A stretch of 64,000 nt of DNA from a virus (IMGVR_UViG_2698536598_000002:2385-66384); one strand, 5' to 3'; numbered from the stretch's first letter, positions 17,312 to 27,100 are shown. The notes: generated by a model from the letters alone, not told the origin. Program-made: numbers and translations.

Positions 17312-18267
17312 CAGGACCCCGACGGGGTGCCGGTGTACTTGACGAACGCCTGCGCGTCGCCCTGCACGTAGCCGTAGAACGCCTCGGCGAGGATGAGCAC
17401 CAGGTTCTCCTGGAACGCCGAGTGGACGCCGCCGTCCTCGTCCACGTATGTCGCTTCCTTGCTGATCCGCACGGTGATGTCCATGCCCACGCCGTAGGCC
17501 GCCTGACTCCAGTCGCCGCCGATCGCGCGCAGACCCGTGTCCGACGACGCGGACTGACGGCGCTGCTTGCCCGACACCGACCGGGAGTACGCGAGCGGCT
17601 CGCCGATCAGCGTGCCGGCCGCCGCCATGTTGGTGCCCGGCGTCGTGGTGTCGACCAGGATCGGCCGGCCTGTGGTGTCGGTCGCGAGCAGCAGGGACGG
17701 CTTGAGGCGGTGGTCGGCGACGGTGCCGGTGTAGTCCCAGTCGTCGTCGATGACCTCGGCCATGCCGGTGACGAAGTCGGCCCAGATGCCGCCCTCTGCC
17801 TGTGTCGCAGTGCCCAGCGCCACCGAGTTGGTGGTCAGCGCCAGGTAGTCGGTGAACGGTCCGGCCGCGCCCTTCATGGTGAGGCCGTGGATCGCCGCGT
17901 GATCGAAGGCGCGGGCGAACGCGGTCGGCAGGTCCCGCTGAAGCTGGTCGTACAGGCCGCCTGCGTTGGTCATTGCGACCTCTTCGGCGACCGGGATGAG
18001 GACGGCGAGCTTCTTCGCCGTCATCTGCTTCACGCCAACGCTGGACGTGGACAGCGGCTTCTTGGCCGCCTGCCCGACCCAGTCGGCGGTCGGGACGTCC
18101 ATCGGGATCGGCACCGACGTCGTGGCATCGATCGCCAGCGGCGCCGGGCGGGCCAGCGCCATGACCGCGGACTGCTCGACCGACTTCTCGAAGATCGGGG
18201 CAGTGATGGTCCGCGGCAGGAGTGACGAGTTGACATCGGAGAGGGTGATCGGGGCCGTAGCCACCAT
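17311..18267 (-). CDS. Major capsid protein (HK97 fold)
   Basis: WVGQAAKKP...AKKLAVLIPVAEE...AFARAFDHAAIHG...SAFQENLV. Confidence 0.93.
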   Translation of the reverse strand: MVATAPITLSDVNSSLLPRTITAPIFEKSVEQSAVMALARPAPLAIDATTSVPIPMDVPTADWVGQAAKKPLSTSSVGVKQMTAKKLAVLIPVAEEVAMTNAGGLYDQLQRDLPTAFARAFDHAAIHGLTMKGAAGPFTDYLALTTNSVALGTATQAEGGIWADFVTGMAEVIDDDWDYTGTVADHRLKPSLLLATDTTGRPILVDTTTPGTNMAAAGTLIGEPLAYSRSVSGKQRRQSASSDTGLRAIGGDWSQAAYGVGMDITVRISKEATYVDEDGGVHSAFQENLVLILAEAFYGYVQGDAQAFVKYTGTPSGS

Positions 18268-18286
18268 GATTGCCTGCTTTCAGCAG

Positions 18287-18940
18287 CTACTTGAGCTGCG
18301 TCTTCATCCAGCCGGCGAACTCGTCGGCGGGGGTGAGGGACCGTTGCTTGTTTGCGCCGGACGCCTGAGTGCGATCCGGTGCGGGACGCCGCGGGCCCTC
18401 CTGGGGCTGGACTCGCGCCCAGTGCGGCTTGCGCTCCAAAAGCGCCTGAAGGTCGGCCTCGATGGCCGCCTCGTCGATGTCGCCGTCAGAGTCGATGTAC
18501 GAGTTGAGATCCAGCGCGCCGACCGCGTCCTCCGGGTCGGCGAATGCCGCCCGGTCGTCGACGGAAGCGCCGGCGATCGCCTGCACGCGCGCCGTCACCA
18601 GCCGCTTGCGCGTTGCCGCGATCTGCTCCTGCGCCGCTGTCAGCTGGTCGTTGAGGCGCTCGGACTCCGTCTTCTCGGCGTCCTTGATGCGCTGCAGCTC
18701 GGCGAGCTGAGGCTCCTGCTCCTTCAGGCGCTTACGGAGGTTCGCAGCCTCCGAGTTCGCCTTGCGGATCTTCGCCTCGGCCTGCTTCCGGTCGAACGGC
18801 TTCTCCTCGGCGCCGGTCTCCGCCTCCTGGGCGTCGTCCGTGGCCTCGGCGGTGTCTTTCTCCTCAGTTACCGTCTCGTCGACGGTCTCCTCGGCGCCGG
18901 TGTCCTGCTGCTGCTCAACGGTCTCGGTCTCTTTGGGCAT
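18287..18940 (-). CDS. Capsid scaffolding protein
   Basis: Acidic N-terminus, coiled coil, located before the capsid gene. Confidence 0.85.
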   Translation of the reverse strand: MPKETETVEQQQDTGAEETVDETVTEEKDTAEATDDAQEAETGAEEKPFDRKQAEAKIRKANSEAANLRKRLKEQEPQLAELQRIKDAEKTESERLNDQLTAAQEQIAATRKRLVTARVQAIAGASVDDRAAFADPEDAVGALDLNSYIDSDGDIDEAAIEADLQALLERKPHWARVQPQEGPRRPAPDRTQASGANKQRSLTPADEFAGWMKTQLK

Positions 18941-19003
18941 GACGAATCGGCCCTCCAGGGGCTGTGGAAAAGGGAAAGGCCGCCACCAGGGCGACCTCGT
19001 TGA

Positions 19004-19780
19004 TCAGAAGGAACCCGGGAGAGGGTTCGTGTCGTGCGCGGCCAACGCCCGCCGGAAACGGGACAGCTGGCTGCCGGAGTGGCCAGCGGCGTACTCCTGG
19101 TACAGCCGCGCCCACTCCTGCGCGTGCGGCGACAGTTCGAAGCGCTGGCCTGCAAAGACCGGAGTCGCCGCACAGTGACAACCGTCGTGAGCCCGGAAGC
19201 CCACAGTGTCCTGAGCGAATACCTTCCCCCGGCTCGCGAGCATCTTGCAGAATGCGCAAGCGCCCAAGGCCGCAGAGCGAGCCCAGGCCGTCGCTTGGCG
19301 GTCCTGCCGCACCGCTTCAAGCACCGTGCTCCGACCCGTGTCGGCTACGAGCTTCTGCGCGACCAACTCGGCTTTCTTCTCCGCCTGCTCCAGACGGACT
19401 TCGAGAGGCTCAAGCTGGGCCTGGGTAGCGACGTCGGGCTCTCGTTCCCACACATCCTTGGTCGCCCACCGCAGGCTCGCCTGGGTCTTCCCCTCGGGCG
19501 GCGGCTCGGCGACCGGAATCGTGAAGGACCCCGTGACGCCTGCCGCGTCGCGCTGGGCCTCATAGAACTCGGCCCCCAGTGCTGCCGATGTCTGCGCGTA
19601 CTGGTCGACCACCGCCTGCACAGCGGCAATCCAGTCCGGCACCGACGACCGCAGCCGCGACGGAATGATCAGCCGCCGCAGCCCGCGCACATCCCGAATC
19701 AGAAGACGCGACAAGCCGCGCTGAGCTGCCCGATATCGATCCGAGTCACGACCGCCGTCAGAGACCGTCGTCGCCACCAT
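19004..19780 (-). CDS. MuF-like / capsid maturation protein
   Basis: GACAFCKMLASRG...AHDGCHCAATPV; between portal and scaffold. Confidence 0.75.
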   Translation of the reverse strand: MVATTVSDGGRDSDRYRAAQRGLSRLLIRDVRGLRRLIIPSRLRSSVPDWIAAVQAVVDQYAQTSAALGAEFYEAQRDAAGVTGSFTIPVAEPPPEGKTQASLRWATKDVWEREPDVATQAQLEPLEVRLEQAEKKAELVAQKLVADTGRSTVLEAVRQDRQATAWARSAALGACAFCKMLASRGKVFAQDTVGFRAHDGCHCAATPVFAGQRFELSPHAQEWARLYQEYAAGHSGSQLSRFRRALAAHDTNPLPGSF

Positions 19781-21224
19781 CGACCTCCACCACATCCGGC
19801 AGAGACACAGCCGACCCTCCGTTCAGAGCAGCCAGACGGTCGAGCAACCGACCACCAGTCGAAGCCGCACCCGCCCGACGCCGATCCGCTCGAACCCGCT
19901 GCCGCTGCCCCTCAGACAGGCCAGCCATCTCCAACGTGACATCGGAGTCCGCAGGCAGGATCCCGGCCTGCACCAGCTTCACCGTGGCGTCCGCCTGCGC
20001 GGCCACCGTCGGCGTCGCCGGATTCCGCCACACCGTCTCGATACGGCGAGTCTTCTCCGGCGGCTCACCATCCCGCACCCACAGGGCGAGGCGCATGGCC
20101 TGCTGCCACGCCGCCCCATACCTGCGGATCCGCCGCTCCGACCGTTTCACCAGCTTGGCCTCGGTCGACCGGATGGCATCCGCACTGGCGGGGTTGTCGG
20201 TGGTGTAGCCGAGCATGTGCGGCGGCAGACCGAACTGGCTGGACATGATCCGCGCATACAGGTCGATGATCCGCGTCATCGCCGTCGGATCGTGCGCCGC
20301 GAACTGGCCGACCGTCGGCACCTGCCCATCCTCGTCGCGCTCCAGCGCGAGAACGCGGCCGATGTACGTCTCCCACGCCGACTTGGCGTTGCCCTCCGCA
20401 TCCTGGAAGGCGCTCTCGGAGGCGCCGAGGATGTACCGCTGCGGAGCACCGAAGAACTCGGCTGCCACCTCCATGCCCATCAGGCGCCGGCACGCTGCAT
20501 CCGTGATCGACATGACCTCAGGAGTGATCTCGCTCTTCCCGACGCGGTCCGCAGTCCGCTGCCGGTTCGCCATCCGCACCACTGGCACGACGCCAAGATT
20601 GTGGATGTCCCGGTCGACGACCTCCCAGCCGCCCGAAGACGCTGGCAGAGCCGTGATCGTCTGATCCGGCAGATACAGGACGATCATCCGCTCCTCAGGG
20701 CCCGACTCGACGAACCCGTCCGCCTGGCACTCCCGCAGAGCCGCCGTACCCATCCGCAGTCGGGCATCCCACATCAGGGTCATGTCCAGCGGCGACTCGG
20801 CTGAGATCAACGGCGGACAGTCGTCCGTCCCGCAATCCCCAGAGCCGACCGCCAGATACTCGCGGCCGTACACCAGGGAGTCCAAGTGGGCGAGGCTCGA
20901 CTCGTCGAACAGATCGTTGGCATCGGCGATCTCCGTCAGCTCCGACGAGTCAGATCCGTCCGCCCACCGGAACGCCTCCAAGTCGAGACGCTCCTCCAAG
21001 GACTCCACACCCACCCGCGGCCAGCCGATAACCGTATGCAGGCCCTTCAACTGCGGCGGAATGCTGATACCGAGGTCCCGGACCAACTGCTCGCCGTTGA
21101 AGTACGCGTCCCGCAGCAGCAACGCGTACCGATCACGCATCATGTCCGCACGAAGCAGATTGATCAACGCGAGCTCGTCTTCCGACAGATACACCAGCGG
21201 AAGATCCGGGATGGAGATGGTCAC
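19758..21224 (-). CDS. Portal protein (SPP1 gp6-like)
   Basis: WPRVGVESLEERL...G.SEIT...EFFGAPQRYILG...NPASADAI; GTG start overlaps the terminase stop. Confidence 0.92.
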   Translation of the reverse strand: MTISIPDLPLVYLSEDELALINLLRADMMRDRYALLLRDAYFNGEQLVRDLGISIPPQLKGLHTVIGWPRVGVESLEERLDLEAFRWADGSDSSELTEIADANDLFDESSLAHLDSLVYGREYLAVGSGDCGTDDCPPLISAESPLDMTLMWDARLRMGTAALRECQADGFVESGPEERMIVLYLPDQTITALPASSGGWEVVDRDIHNLGVVPVVRMANRQRTADRVGKSEITPEVMSITDAACRRLMGMEVAAEFFGAPQRYILGASESAFQDAEGNAKSAWETYIGRVLALERDEDGQVPTVGQFAAHDPTAMTRIIDLYARIMSSQFGLPPHMLGYTTDNPASADAIRSTEAKLVKRSERRIRRYGAAWQQAMRLALWVRDGEPPEKTRRIETVWRNPATPTVAAQADATVKLVQAGILPADSDVTLEMAGLSEGQRQRVRADRRRAGAASTGGRLLDRLAALNGGSAVSLPDVVEVDGGDDGL

Positions 21225-22942
21225 CGCAGCACCACCACCCGTCCCTTGCCGCGGCCCTTCGGCCTGTACTTGGAGTGGTTGAGGGCGCTGCGCCGCAGCA
21301 TCCGAGCGCCGATCATGCATACGGCGAGGTCGATCTTCCGTGCAGACTCGCGATGTTCCTTGCCGATGGTGATACCCCATCGGTTCGTTCGACGTCGGGC
21401 GTTGATCACATGCGTGCGCATGGCCCTGTTGCCGTCATGGACCAATGCGCGCTCCAGGATGTCCCTCCGGGTTCGCTTCGCTGCCTCGGTGAACTCTTCC
21501 TGGTGCCGGATGTTCCGCATGTCCCAGCGGATCGAGTGCTGCTTCGGGCCAGCAGCAACCGCCTTGATGAGCAACCCCTTGCCGTAGGTTCGGTGCCACC
21601 TGTCCAGATACGCGTCCCAGTACAGCTCGCCGTCCTCGTCCTCACCCGAGCCCGGGTCAGCGAAGAACGCCACGACCCTGTACGTCTCGAAGGCGAACGC
21701 GATCGCCCCGTCAACGTCTTCGCGAGGCACGCTCCACGGAACCTTCTCGTTCCAGTTGTGCGGCTTCTGCCACACTCCCAACGTGGTCACGAGCCCGTCG
21801 GACAGCCGACAAGCTGCGAGGCCCGTCGCATCGTCACTCTTGGAGCAGTCGAGGAAGATGACGATCTCGTCCCCTGCTTCGAGTGCAAGGCCTTCTCGCT
21901 GGCAGGCGTCCCACTCGTAGCGGGCCATCCATGCGTCCTCTGCCGCGACGATCTGGTTGTACCAGAAGCGCCTGCTGCGACTGGGCGGATTCCGCACGTC
22001 CAAGATCGAAGCTTTCAGCCGCTGGATGTCGAGCCATGTCGAGTCTCCGCGCACAGCTCGAAGAGTCGGCTCGATCCACTCCTCTGTCAGCTTCGCCTCC
22101 GGAGGGGCCTCCAACGAGTCGTAGAACAGGCCCGTGTCGACGACCCTGCCGGACTCCGCAGCCTCGTAGGCGTCGCGAGTCCGCTCGGCAACCGAGTCCT
22201 CGCCCGGTTCGAACGCATTTGTGTCCGCCAAGGTGCGCGACTGCCCGTCTGCGCTCTTCGTCGCGTTCCGCTCGATCACCGCGGCCATCTCGTGCCCCTG
22301 GTTGGACTCCAGCCAGTGGTGGGTCTCCCCCATCGAGGTGAATGTCGGTCGGCCGCCCTCGAGCGCCCGCGGCGACGACGTAACGGCCTCGATCCGCGCC
22401 CGGCCCTTGTCGGCGTAGATGATCTCCTTGCCGAGATCGATCCGGAACTCCTCCAGGGCCCGCTTCGTCAGGATGGACGGGAACAGCGTCATCGTGTTCC
22501 GCGTCTGATCCTGCGACACTGCGGCGATCTGCACCCACGCGGCCGGATGCTGCACGCCCAACGGCTGGCCGGCCGGGACGCCCCACTCGTTGCCCTCATC
22601 CGCGATCTCGCCGAACCTGCACGGCCCCACAAACTCAAAGGCGGCCCACGTTGCCTTCAGCGGATCCTTGCCGTGCCCCTTCAACCTTTGGATCACGCCG
22701 TCGCGCCACCGGAACCGGTTCGTCGCTGGATCCATGGCGTACCACCACAGCGTCAGCCGGGCTTGCTCGGCTGTGTACCGCCACGGCGACCCGACGTAAT
22801 GCTGCAGGTACGTAGCCGTCCACGCCAAGCACTGCCAGCCAAGCGTGTACTCCGGCAGGATGAACTTCCCGTCAGGGCCACGCTTCCAGGTGGGCCCCAG
22901 CGTGAAGGGCTCGACGACCGCGGGAACTTCCTCGTCATCCAC
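21221..22942 (-). CDS. terL: Terminase large subunit
   Basis: QRLKGHGKD Walker A variant, VQIAAVSQDQT, GETHHW, FLDCSKSDDAT, KIDLAV. Confidence 0.95.
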   Translation of the reverse strand: MDDEEVPAVVEPFTLGPTWKRGPDGKFILPEYTLGWQCLAWTATYLQHYVGSPWRYTAEQARLTLWWYAMDPATNRFRWRDGVIQRLKGHGKDPLKATWAAFEFVGPCRFGEIADEGNEWGVPAGQPLGVQHPAAWVQIAAVSQDQTRNTMTLFPSILTKRALEEFRIDLGKEIIYADKGRARIEAVTSSPRALEGGRPTFTSMGETHHWLESNQGHEMAAVIERNATKSADGQSRTLADTNAFEPGEDSVAERTRDAYEAAESGRVVDTGLFYDSLEAPPEAKLTEEWIEPTLRAVRGDSTWLDIQRLKASILDVRNPPSRSRRFWYNQIVAAEDAWMARYEWDACQREGLALEAGDEIVIFLDCSKSDDATGLAACRLSDGLVTTLGVWQKPHNWNEKVPWSVPREDVDGAIAFAFETYRVVAFFADPGSGEDEDGELYWDAYLDRWHRTYGKGLLIKAVAAGPKQHSIRWDMRNIRHQEEFTEAAKRTRRDILERALVHDGNRAMRTHVINARRRTNRWGITIGKEHRESARKIDLAVCMIGARMLRRSALNHSKYRPKGRGKGRVVVLR

Positions 22943-23372
22943 CGATCGATGAGCGGTAGTCGGCGATCGCTGTCACTGAAGCCGGCACCTGCTTCGCGGC
23001 TGGATTCCGCTCCAGTTCCATGCGGGCCCGGCGCCGGTCGCCCTCCGTCGTCAGCAGCGACGACATCACCGAGTTCAGTGCCGCTACCAGCTGGCCGTTC
23101 GGGCCGCGCTCGGACATCAGTACCTTCGACATCAGATCTGCGGCATACCGGGCCACCGCCCAGTCCGACGGCTGATAGAACGCCGCCTGCCCCGACTCCC
23201 GCAGGGACAAGTACCAGTCCCCGGCAATCGGATGCCACAGCGGATCAGCGCCAGGCAGATCCGGAAGATCCGGCGGCGGCCCCGACGGGGCCTGCACCAG
23301 GCCCGGTCCATCCTCCTTATTACGGCGACGACGCGCCTCCGAACGCTCGGGGATAGGTCCACGCGAGCCCAT
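22935..23372 (-). CDS. terS: Terminase small subunit
   Basis: MGSRGPIP...WY.SL..SGQ..FY.PSDW...LL.TEGDRRR; directly upstream of terL. Confidence 0.85.
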   Translation of the reverse strand: MGSRGPIPERSEARRRRNKEDGPGLVQAPSGPPPDLPDLPGADPLWHPIAGDWYLSLRESGQAAFYQPSDWAVARYAADLMSKVLMSERGPNGQLVAALNSVMSSLLTTEGDRRRARMELERNPAAKQVPASVTAIADYRSSIGG

Positions 23373-23620
23373 GGCGACCTCCAGGGTCAAAGCGCACCAC
23401 CAGGGCGCGCGGCGGGCTGAAAGGAAGCAACCGCAGGCGGCTCGCCAGCACATCCAGGGCGCAGCAACTATGCCGGCACGCGGCCAAAAGGAGTGGGCCC
23501 CAAACCGGAAGAGGCCTAGGAAACCCGTACAGGGGGTCGCTTTCTATACGGCCCCGATCCCTGAAGATCGCCGGGAGGGGGGTGGCCCCCCGGGTGGTCA
23601 CGGTGAAGCTGGCCGGTTGT
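23373..23620. other. Candidate packaging (cos) region
   Basis: Non-coding gap between the HNH-linked small genes and terS, with G/C runs and an A/T patch; exact site not determinable. Confidence 0.4.
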
Positions 23621-23803
23621 TCAGGTCTCGCGGCCGACCTCGTCGATCTCCCGACCGTCGAGACTGTGATGGATCATGAGCCACTGAATCGATCCGTCAT
23701 CGGTCTTGATCGGCTTCGCGGTTGGTCCACACAAGCAGTCGTGGTCGGACACGTGCTCGACCGCGTCACCGAGTGGTACGACGTGCAGTGCCATGCCTGC
23801 CAC
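23621..23803 (-). CDS. Small hypothetical protein
   Basis: LHVVP.GD..EH...DCLCGP...HHSLDGRE. Confidence 0.7.
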   Translation of the reverse strand: MAGMALHVVPLGDAVEHVSDHDCLCGPTAKPIKTDDGSIQWLMIHHSLDGREIDEVGRET

Positions 23804-23849
23804 ACTCCCCCTGCCATGCCCCTACCCGGCGGCCGGCTGAGGGGGCCGC

Positions 23850-24089
23850 CTACCAGGACCGCCTGCCGCCGTTGGCTCGGCTGCCGGTGTAGACGCCTGT
23901 GGATCGGCGGTGCATGAGCTGGCAGTAGCCCTTGGCCCTTGCTCCCATGTAGCGGTTGAGGAGACGGTTGCATCGGGTCCAGGCGCCTGGTGATCCCCAT
24001 CGGATGCGTGTCGCGCCGGCCCCGCTGGTCCAGTACCTACGTAGCGTCTCGGCGTTGCCTCGTCGGCTTCCTCGCCCTTGGCTTGCCAC
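23850..24089 (-). CDS. Small basic hypothetical protein
   Basis: 79 aa; RIRWGSPGAWTRC...GYCQLMH. Confidence 0.7.
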   Translation of the reverse strand: MASQGRGSRRGNAETLRRYWTSGAGATRIRWGSPGAWTRCNRLLNRYMGARAKGYCQLMHRRSTGVYTGSRANGGRRSW

Positions 24090-24095
24090 AGCGAA

Positions 24096-24323
24096 TCACT
24101 CCTCATGCGGCGCGGACTCCCGTTGCTGGTCTTGTGGTTCGTCTACCCGTTCGACGCGTTGGACTTGCGCCGCCGGGATGGCGAGGGCCACGCGGTCGGG
24201 TTTGATGAGGTCGCAGTCTCTGAAGAGGACCCAGCCGTCAACGAACTCGACGGTGAGATCGGGGTCCTCGATGACGGTGTCGTCGCCTCGACGCTCAGAG
24301 TGGACGATCAGGTAGCGCGGCAT
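24096..24323 (-). CDS. Small hypothetical protein (paralogue of 25395-25574)
   Basis: MPRYLIV...IPAAQVQRVER. Confidence 0.65.
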   Translation of the reverse strand: MPRYLIVHSERRGDDTVIEDPDLTVEFVDGWVLFRDCDLIKPDRVALAIPAAQVQRVERVDEPQDQQRESAPHEE

Positions 24324-24333
24324 CGTGACCGCC

Positions 24334-24627
24334 TCACCGGAGTCCGGGATGCGGCTCGGGCGGGCGTTTCCGTCCGGGCCGGGGGTCGGCGCGCTGTGCC
24401 TCGTTGCCCTCACGGCTGGATTTCTGCAGGTGGCATTCGGCGCACACGCCTTGAAGCCTGTCCTCGGCGTGGGCGTCGGTCTTGGCTTCGATGTGGTCGC
24501 AGTGGGTGGCGGGTCTGATCTGGCAGATTTGGCAGACCACGTCGCGGGCGAGCACCTTGCGGCGGATGGTCGCCCAGTTCGAGGGGAGCCGGCTCTTGCG
24601 GTCGGTGTCCTTCCAGCCGCCGCTCAC
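24334..24627 (-). CDS. Packaging-associated HNH endonuclease
   Basis: CQIC...CDHI...LQGVCAECHLQKS; upstream of terminase. Confidence 0.9.
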   Translation of the reverse strand: MSGGWKDTDRKSRLPSNWATIRRKVLARDVVCQICQIRPATHCDHIEAKTDAHAEDRLQGVCAECHLQKSSREGNEAQRADPRPGRKRPPEPHPGLR

Positions 24628-24899
24628 GGCTGAGGCTTGGTGTTGGGGTCGTCCTTCTGTCCGGGACGCCAGTCCGTGATCAAGTCGAGGGTGAGCGTGC
24701 AGTCTGCGGGGTCGTATCCGTTGATTCGGTAGACGACCTGGTCGGCGAGGACGATATCTCCGTCTTCGATGCGGAGGTACATGCCTGGGCTGGCGAGGAC
24801 GCCAACATCGATCTTGGCCTTCTGTGGGGCTTCGTCGACCTTGATGCCGATGCCGAGGTGTCGGGTGACCTGTACTTGTCCGTACTCAGGGTCACTCAT
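24624..24899 (-). CDS. Hypothetical protein
   Basis: 91-aa coupled ORF. Confidence 0.65.
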   Translation of the reverse strand: MSDPEYGQVQVTRHLGIGIKVDEAPQKAKIDVGVLASPGMYLRIEDGDIVLADQVVYRINGYDPADCTLTLDLITDWRPGQKDDPNTKPQP

Positions 24900-24902
24900 C
24901 GT

Positions 24903-25109
24903 CTACTCCTCAGGGCTGCGTTCGGTTTCGCTGCCGAGTGCCCAGCTGCCGAACCCGGTGCGTCGATCGGTCGGGCTGCTGGCGACTGCGACGCCGTAGA
25001 GCCGGACGGCTGCCTGTTCGGCTCGGCCGAGTGGGTCGTCGTCGCTGCCGCTGATTTCGACGGTGATCTCGCGAATGCCGTCGGACAGTTTCACCGTCAC
25101 GTCAGGCAT
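24903..25109 (-). CDS. Hypothetical protein
   Basis: MPDVTVKLSDG..., coupled to neighbours. Confidence 0.6.
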   Translation of the reverse strand: MPDVTVKLSDGIREITVEISGSDDDPLGRAEQAAVRLYGVAVASSPTDRRTGFGSWALGSETERSPEE

Positions 25110-25395
25110 CGGGGGCTTCGGTGTTGGCGCGCTGGCGGGCGATCCGGGTTTCGGCTTGATCTTCCGCCTCGCTGTCGCGGAGGTAGGCGGTGGTGTCGTT
25201 GGCAGGGATGTCGATGGTGGTCTCGAAGACGAGGACGGCGCGGGCGCCGATCTGCTCGGCGGTCGCTGTGCCGCGACCGCGGCACAGCGCATCGAACGCC
25301 GCGTCGTTGGCGGGCATCTGGTCGATGACGAGCACGAATGGCGGCCGGTCGTCTCCGGAGCCTTCGGGTAGTTCGAGGATCTGCAGGCGAGCCAT
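25102..25395 (-). CDS. Hypothetical protein
   Basis: MARLQILELPEG.GDDRPPFVLVIDQ. Confidence 0.7.
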   Translation of the reverse strand: MARLQILELPEGSGDDRPPFVLVIDQMPANDAAFDALCRGRGTATAEQIGARAVLVFETTIDIPANDTTAYLRDSEAEDQAETRIARQRANTEAPDA

Positions 25396-25574
25396 CAGTC
25401 GGCCACCGCCTCGTCGTTCTGGCGGACGATGCTGCGGACGTTGGCGGCTGGGATGTAGGCGGCTGCGGAGCCGTCTCCGACCCAGGCGATGTACTGGTTG
25501 CCAGAGGGTTCGAGGTTGGCGGCGGTCACGGTCTCTGACTCGCCGTCGAGGTAGCTGATCAGGTAGTGGGCCAT
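25395..25574 (-). CDS. Small hypothetical protein (59 aa, not in ORF track)
   Basis: Hand translation MAHYLISYLDGESETV...YIPAANVRSIVRQNDEAVAD*; GGAG RBS; stop overlaps the next start. Confidence 0.7.
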   Translation of the reverse strand: MAHYLISYLDGESETVTAANLEPSGNQYIAWVGDGSAAAYIPAANVRSIVRQNDEAVAD

Positions 25575-25972
25575 GGCGCGGGCTCCGGGAGGTCAGTCGT
25601 GGGTACGGCGAGCATGCCGCCGGTGATCTCGTACTGGTCAAGCTGGGAGAGCGTGTGAGTGAGGAGCGCTCGCAGTAGTGCCCGTTCGCGTCCGCTGTCG
25701 GGGATGCCGCCAGGCCCGTCGACGTAGCTGTACACCTCCCCGTCCGAGTGGGCGTAGAGCAGCGTGGTCGGCTTCTGCTTCAGCGTGGAGAGTTGCTTTT
25801 CCGCGTACTCGTTGAGGGTGCGCATCAGATCTTCGCCGTCGATCTTGTGGCAGAGGCTGCAGATGCGGACGGACGCGGACGCGTGGGCTGGCTTGTTGTG
25901 CTGCCAGGCGTGTTCGCAGAGGCTGTCGGCGGCCATCGGTTCGTTGACGGGCAGGCCGATGCTGGAAGCCAT
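25559..25972 (-). CDS. Hypothetical protein
   Basis: 137 aa; CxxC (CSLC). Confidence 0.6.
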   Translation of the reverse strand: MASSIGLPVNEPMAADSLCEHAWQHNKPAHASASVRICSLCHKIDGEDLMRTLNEYAEKQLSTLKQKPTTLLYAHSDGEVYSYVDGPGGIPDSGRERALLRALLTHTLSQLDQYEITGGMLAVPTTDLPEPAPWPTT

Positions 25973-25994
25973 GGGCGCGGGCCTTCCGTGGGGT

Positions 25995-26870
25995 TCAGGC
26001 GCCGAGCGACCGCCGCACGCCTTCTTCGAGCGTGATCGTGGGCACGTAGTGGTTGAGCATCCGGGACGGGTCGCTGACGCGGTGGTGGACGCCGCGCGGG
26101 GCGTCGGCCCGGTGCTTGAGGTGGGGCCGGTAGCCGGCGGCCGTGGTGACGATGCGGGCGAGGTCGTCGAAGCTGGTTGCTCTGCCCCAGCCGAGATTCA
26201 CCGGCCCGGTCACGTCGTTGTCGAGGAGCGCGAGGGTGGCGCCAACGAGGTCGGAGATGTGGATCCAGTCGCGAGTGGAGTTGCCGCTCCCCCAGATCTC
26301 AAAGGGGTCGTCGCGGCGTCGGGCGCGCTGAATGAACGCGGGGAACGGGTAGCAGTCCGTCTGGTCTTCGCCGTAGCCGGAGAACGGCCGCGGCACGAGG
26401 ATGCGGCAGCCTTCGGCTTCGGCGTAGGTGGCGAGCTTCTCCCCCGTCAGTTTCGCCCAGCCGTAGGTGGCGTCGGGTTCTTCCATGTACGAGAGGTTGA
26501 TGTCCTCTTCGTACAGGCGTCGCACGTCGCCGGGCTGCTGAAGCGCGACCGGGTAGGCGGCCGAGCTGGAGAAGTACACGGCGCGCGGGGTGCGGGTGCG
26601 GACCAGCCAGCGCATGTACCAGGCGTCGAGTGCGAGGTTGGTGGCGACGCCGAGCGGGCTGCCGTCGATGCTGGCCCGGCCGCCGACGATCGCCGCGCAG
26701 TGGATGGCGAGGCCGTATCCGGTGTCGTCTGTGCGGAAGAAGTCGAGGGCGTCTCCGCTGTCGTCGGCGAGGTCGATGCCGGTGACGTCGTCGCCCCGTG
26801 CTTCGAGCGCGGCGTGCAGGTGACGGCCTACGAAACCTCGGTGGCCACTGAGGAGGACTCGCACAGGCAC
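25995..26870 (-). CDS. NAD-dependent NDP-sugar epimerase/dehydratase (extended SDR)
   Basis: VLLSGHRGFVG nucleotide-binding motif, YFSSSAAY, YGWAK (YxxxK), WGSGNSTRDWIHISD. Confidence 0.93.
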   Translation of the reverse strand: MPVRVLLSGHRGFVGRHLHAALEARGDDVTGIDLADDSGDALDFFRTDDTGYGLAIHCAAIVGGRASIDGSPLGVATNLALDAWYMRWLVRTRTPRAVYFSSSAAYPVALQQPGDVRRLYEEDINLSYMEEPDATYGWAKLTGEKLATYAEAEGCRILVPRPFSGYGEDQTDCYPFPAFIQRARRRDDPFEIWGSGNSTRDWIHISDLVGATLALLDNDVTGPVNLGWGRATSFDDLARIVTTAAGYRPHLKHRADAPRGVHHRVSDPSRMLNHYVPTITLEEGVRRSLGA

Positions 26871-26881
26871 CTCCTGGCACG

Positions 26882-27100
26882 ATGTCGAGCATGGGGCACG
26901 AAGAAGAGCAGGTGAGCAGCTACCGGAACGGCGGCATCCTCAGCCCCGGTATGGCTTGCGGGCGGAACACTCACCCGTGGAAGACCGAGTTCATCGTGCC
27001 GCTGAAGCCGACACCCGAGCAGGTCGCCCACGTGGCCGCCGTGATGGCGTTCCAGTCGCAGATCGACCTGATCGACACGTCCTGGCTCGACGAGATCTGA
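26882..27100 (+). CDS. Possible small antisense ORF
   Basis: 72-aa ORF exactly filling the gap between the methyltransferase and epimerase genes. Confidence 0.4.
   Translation: MSSMGHEEEQVSSYRNGGILSPGMACGRNTHPWKTEFIVPLKPTPEQVAHVAAVMAFQSQIDLIDTSWLDEI

Noticed and set aside
21275-23356. 693-aa plus-strand ORF
   Set aside because: Antisense shadow of terminase genes.
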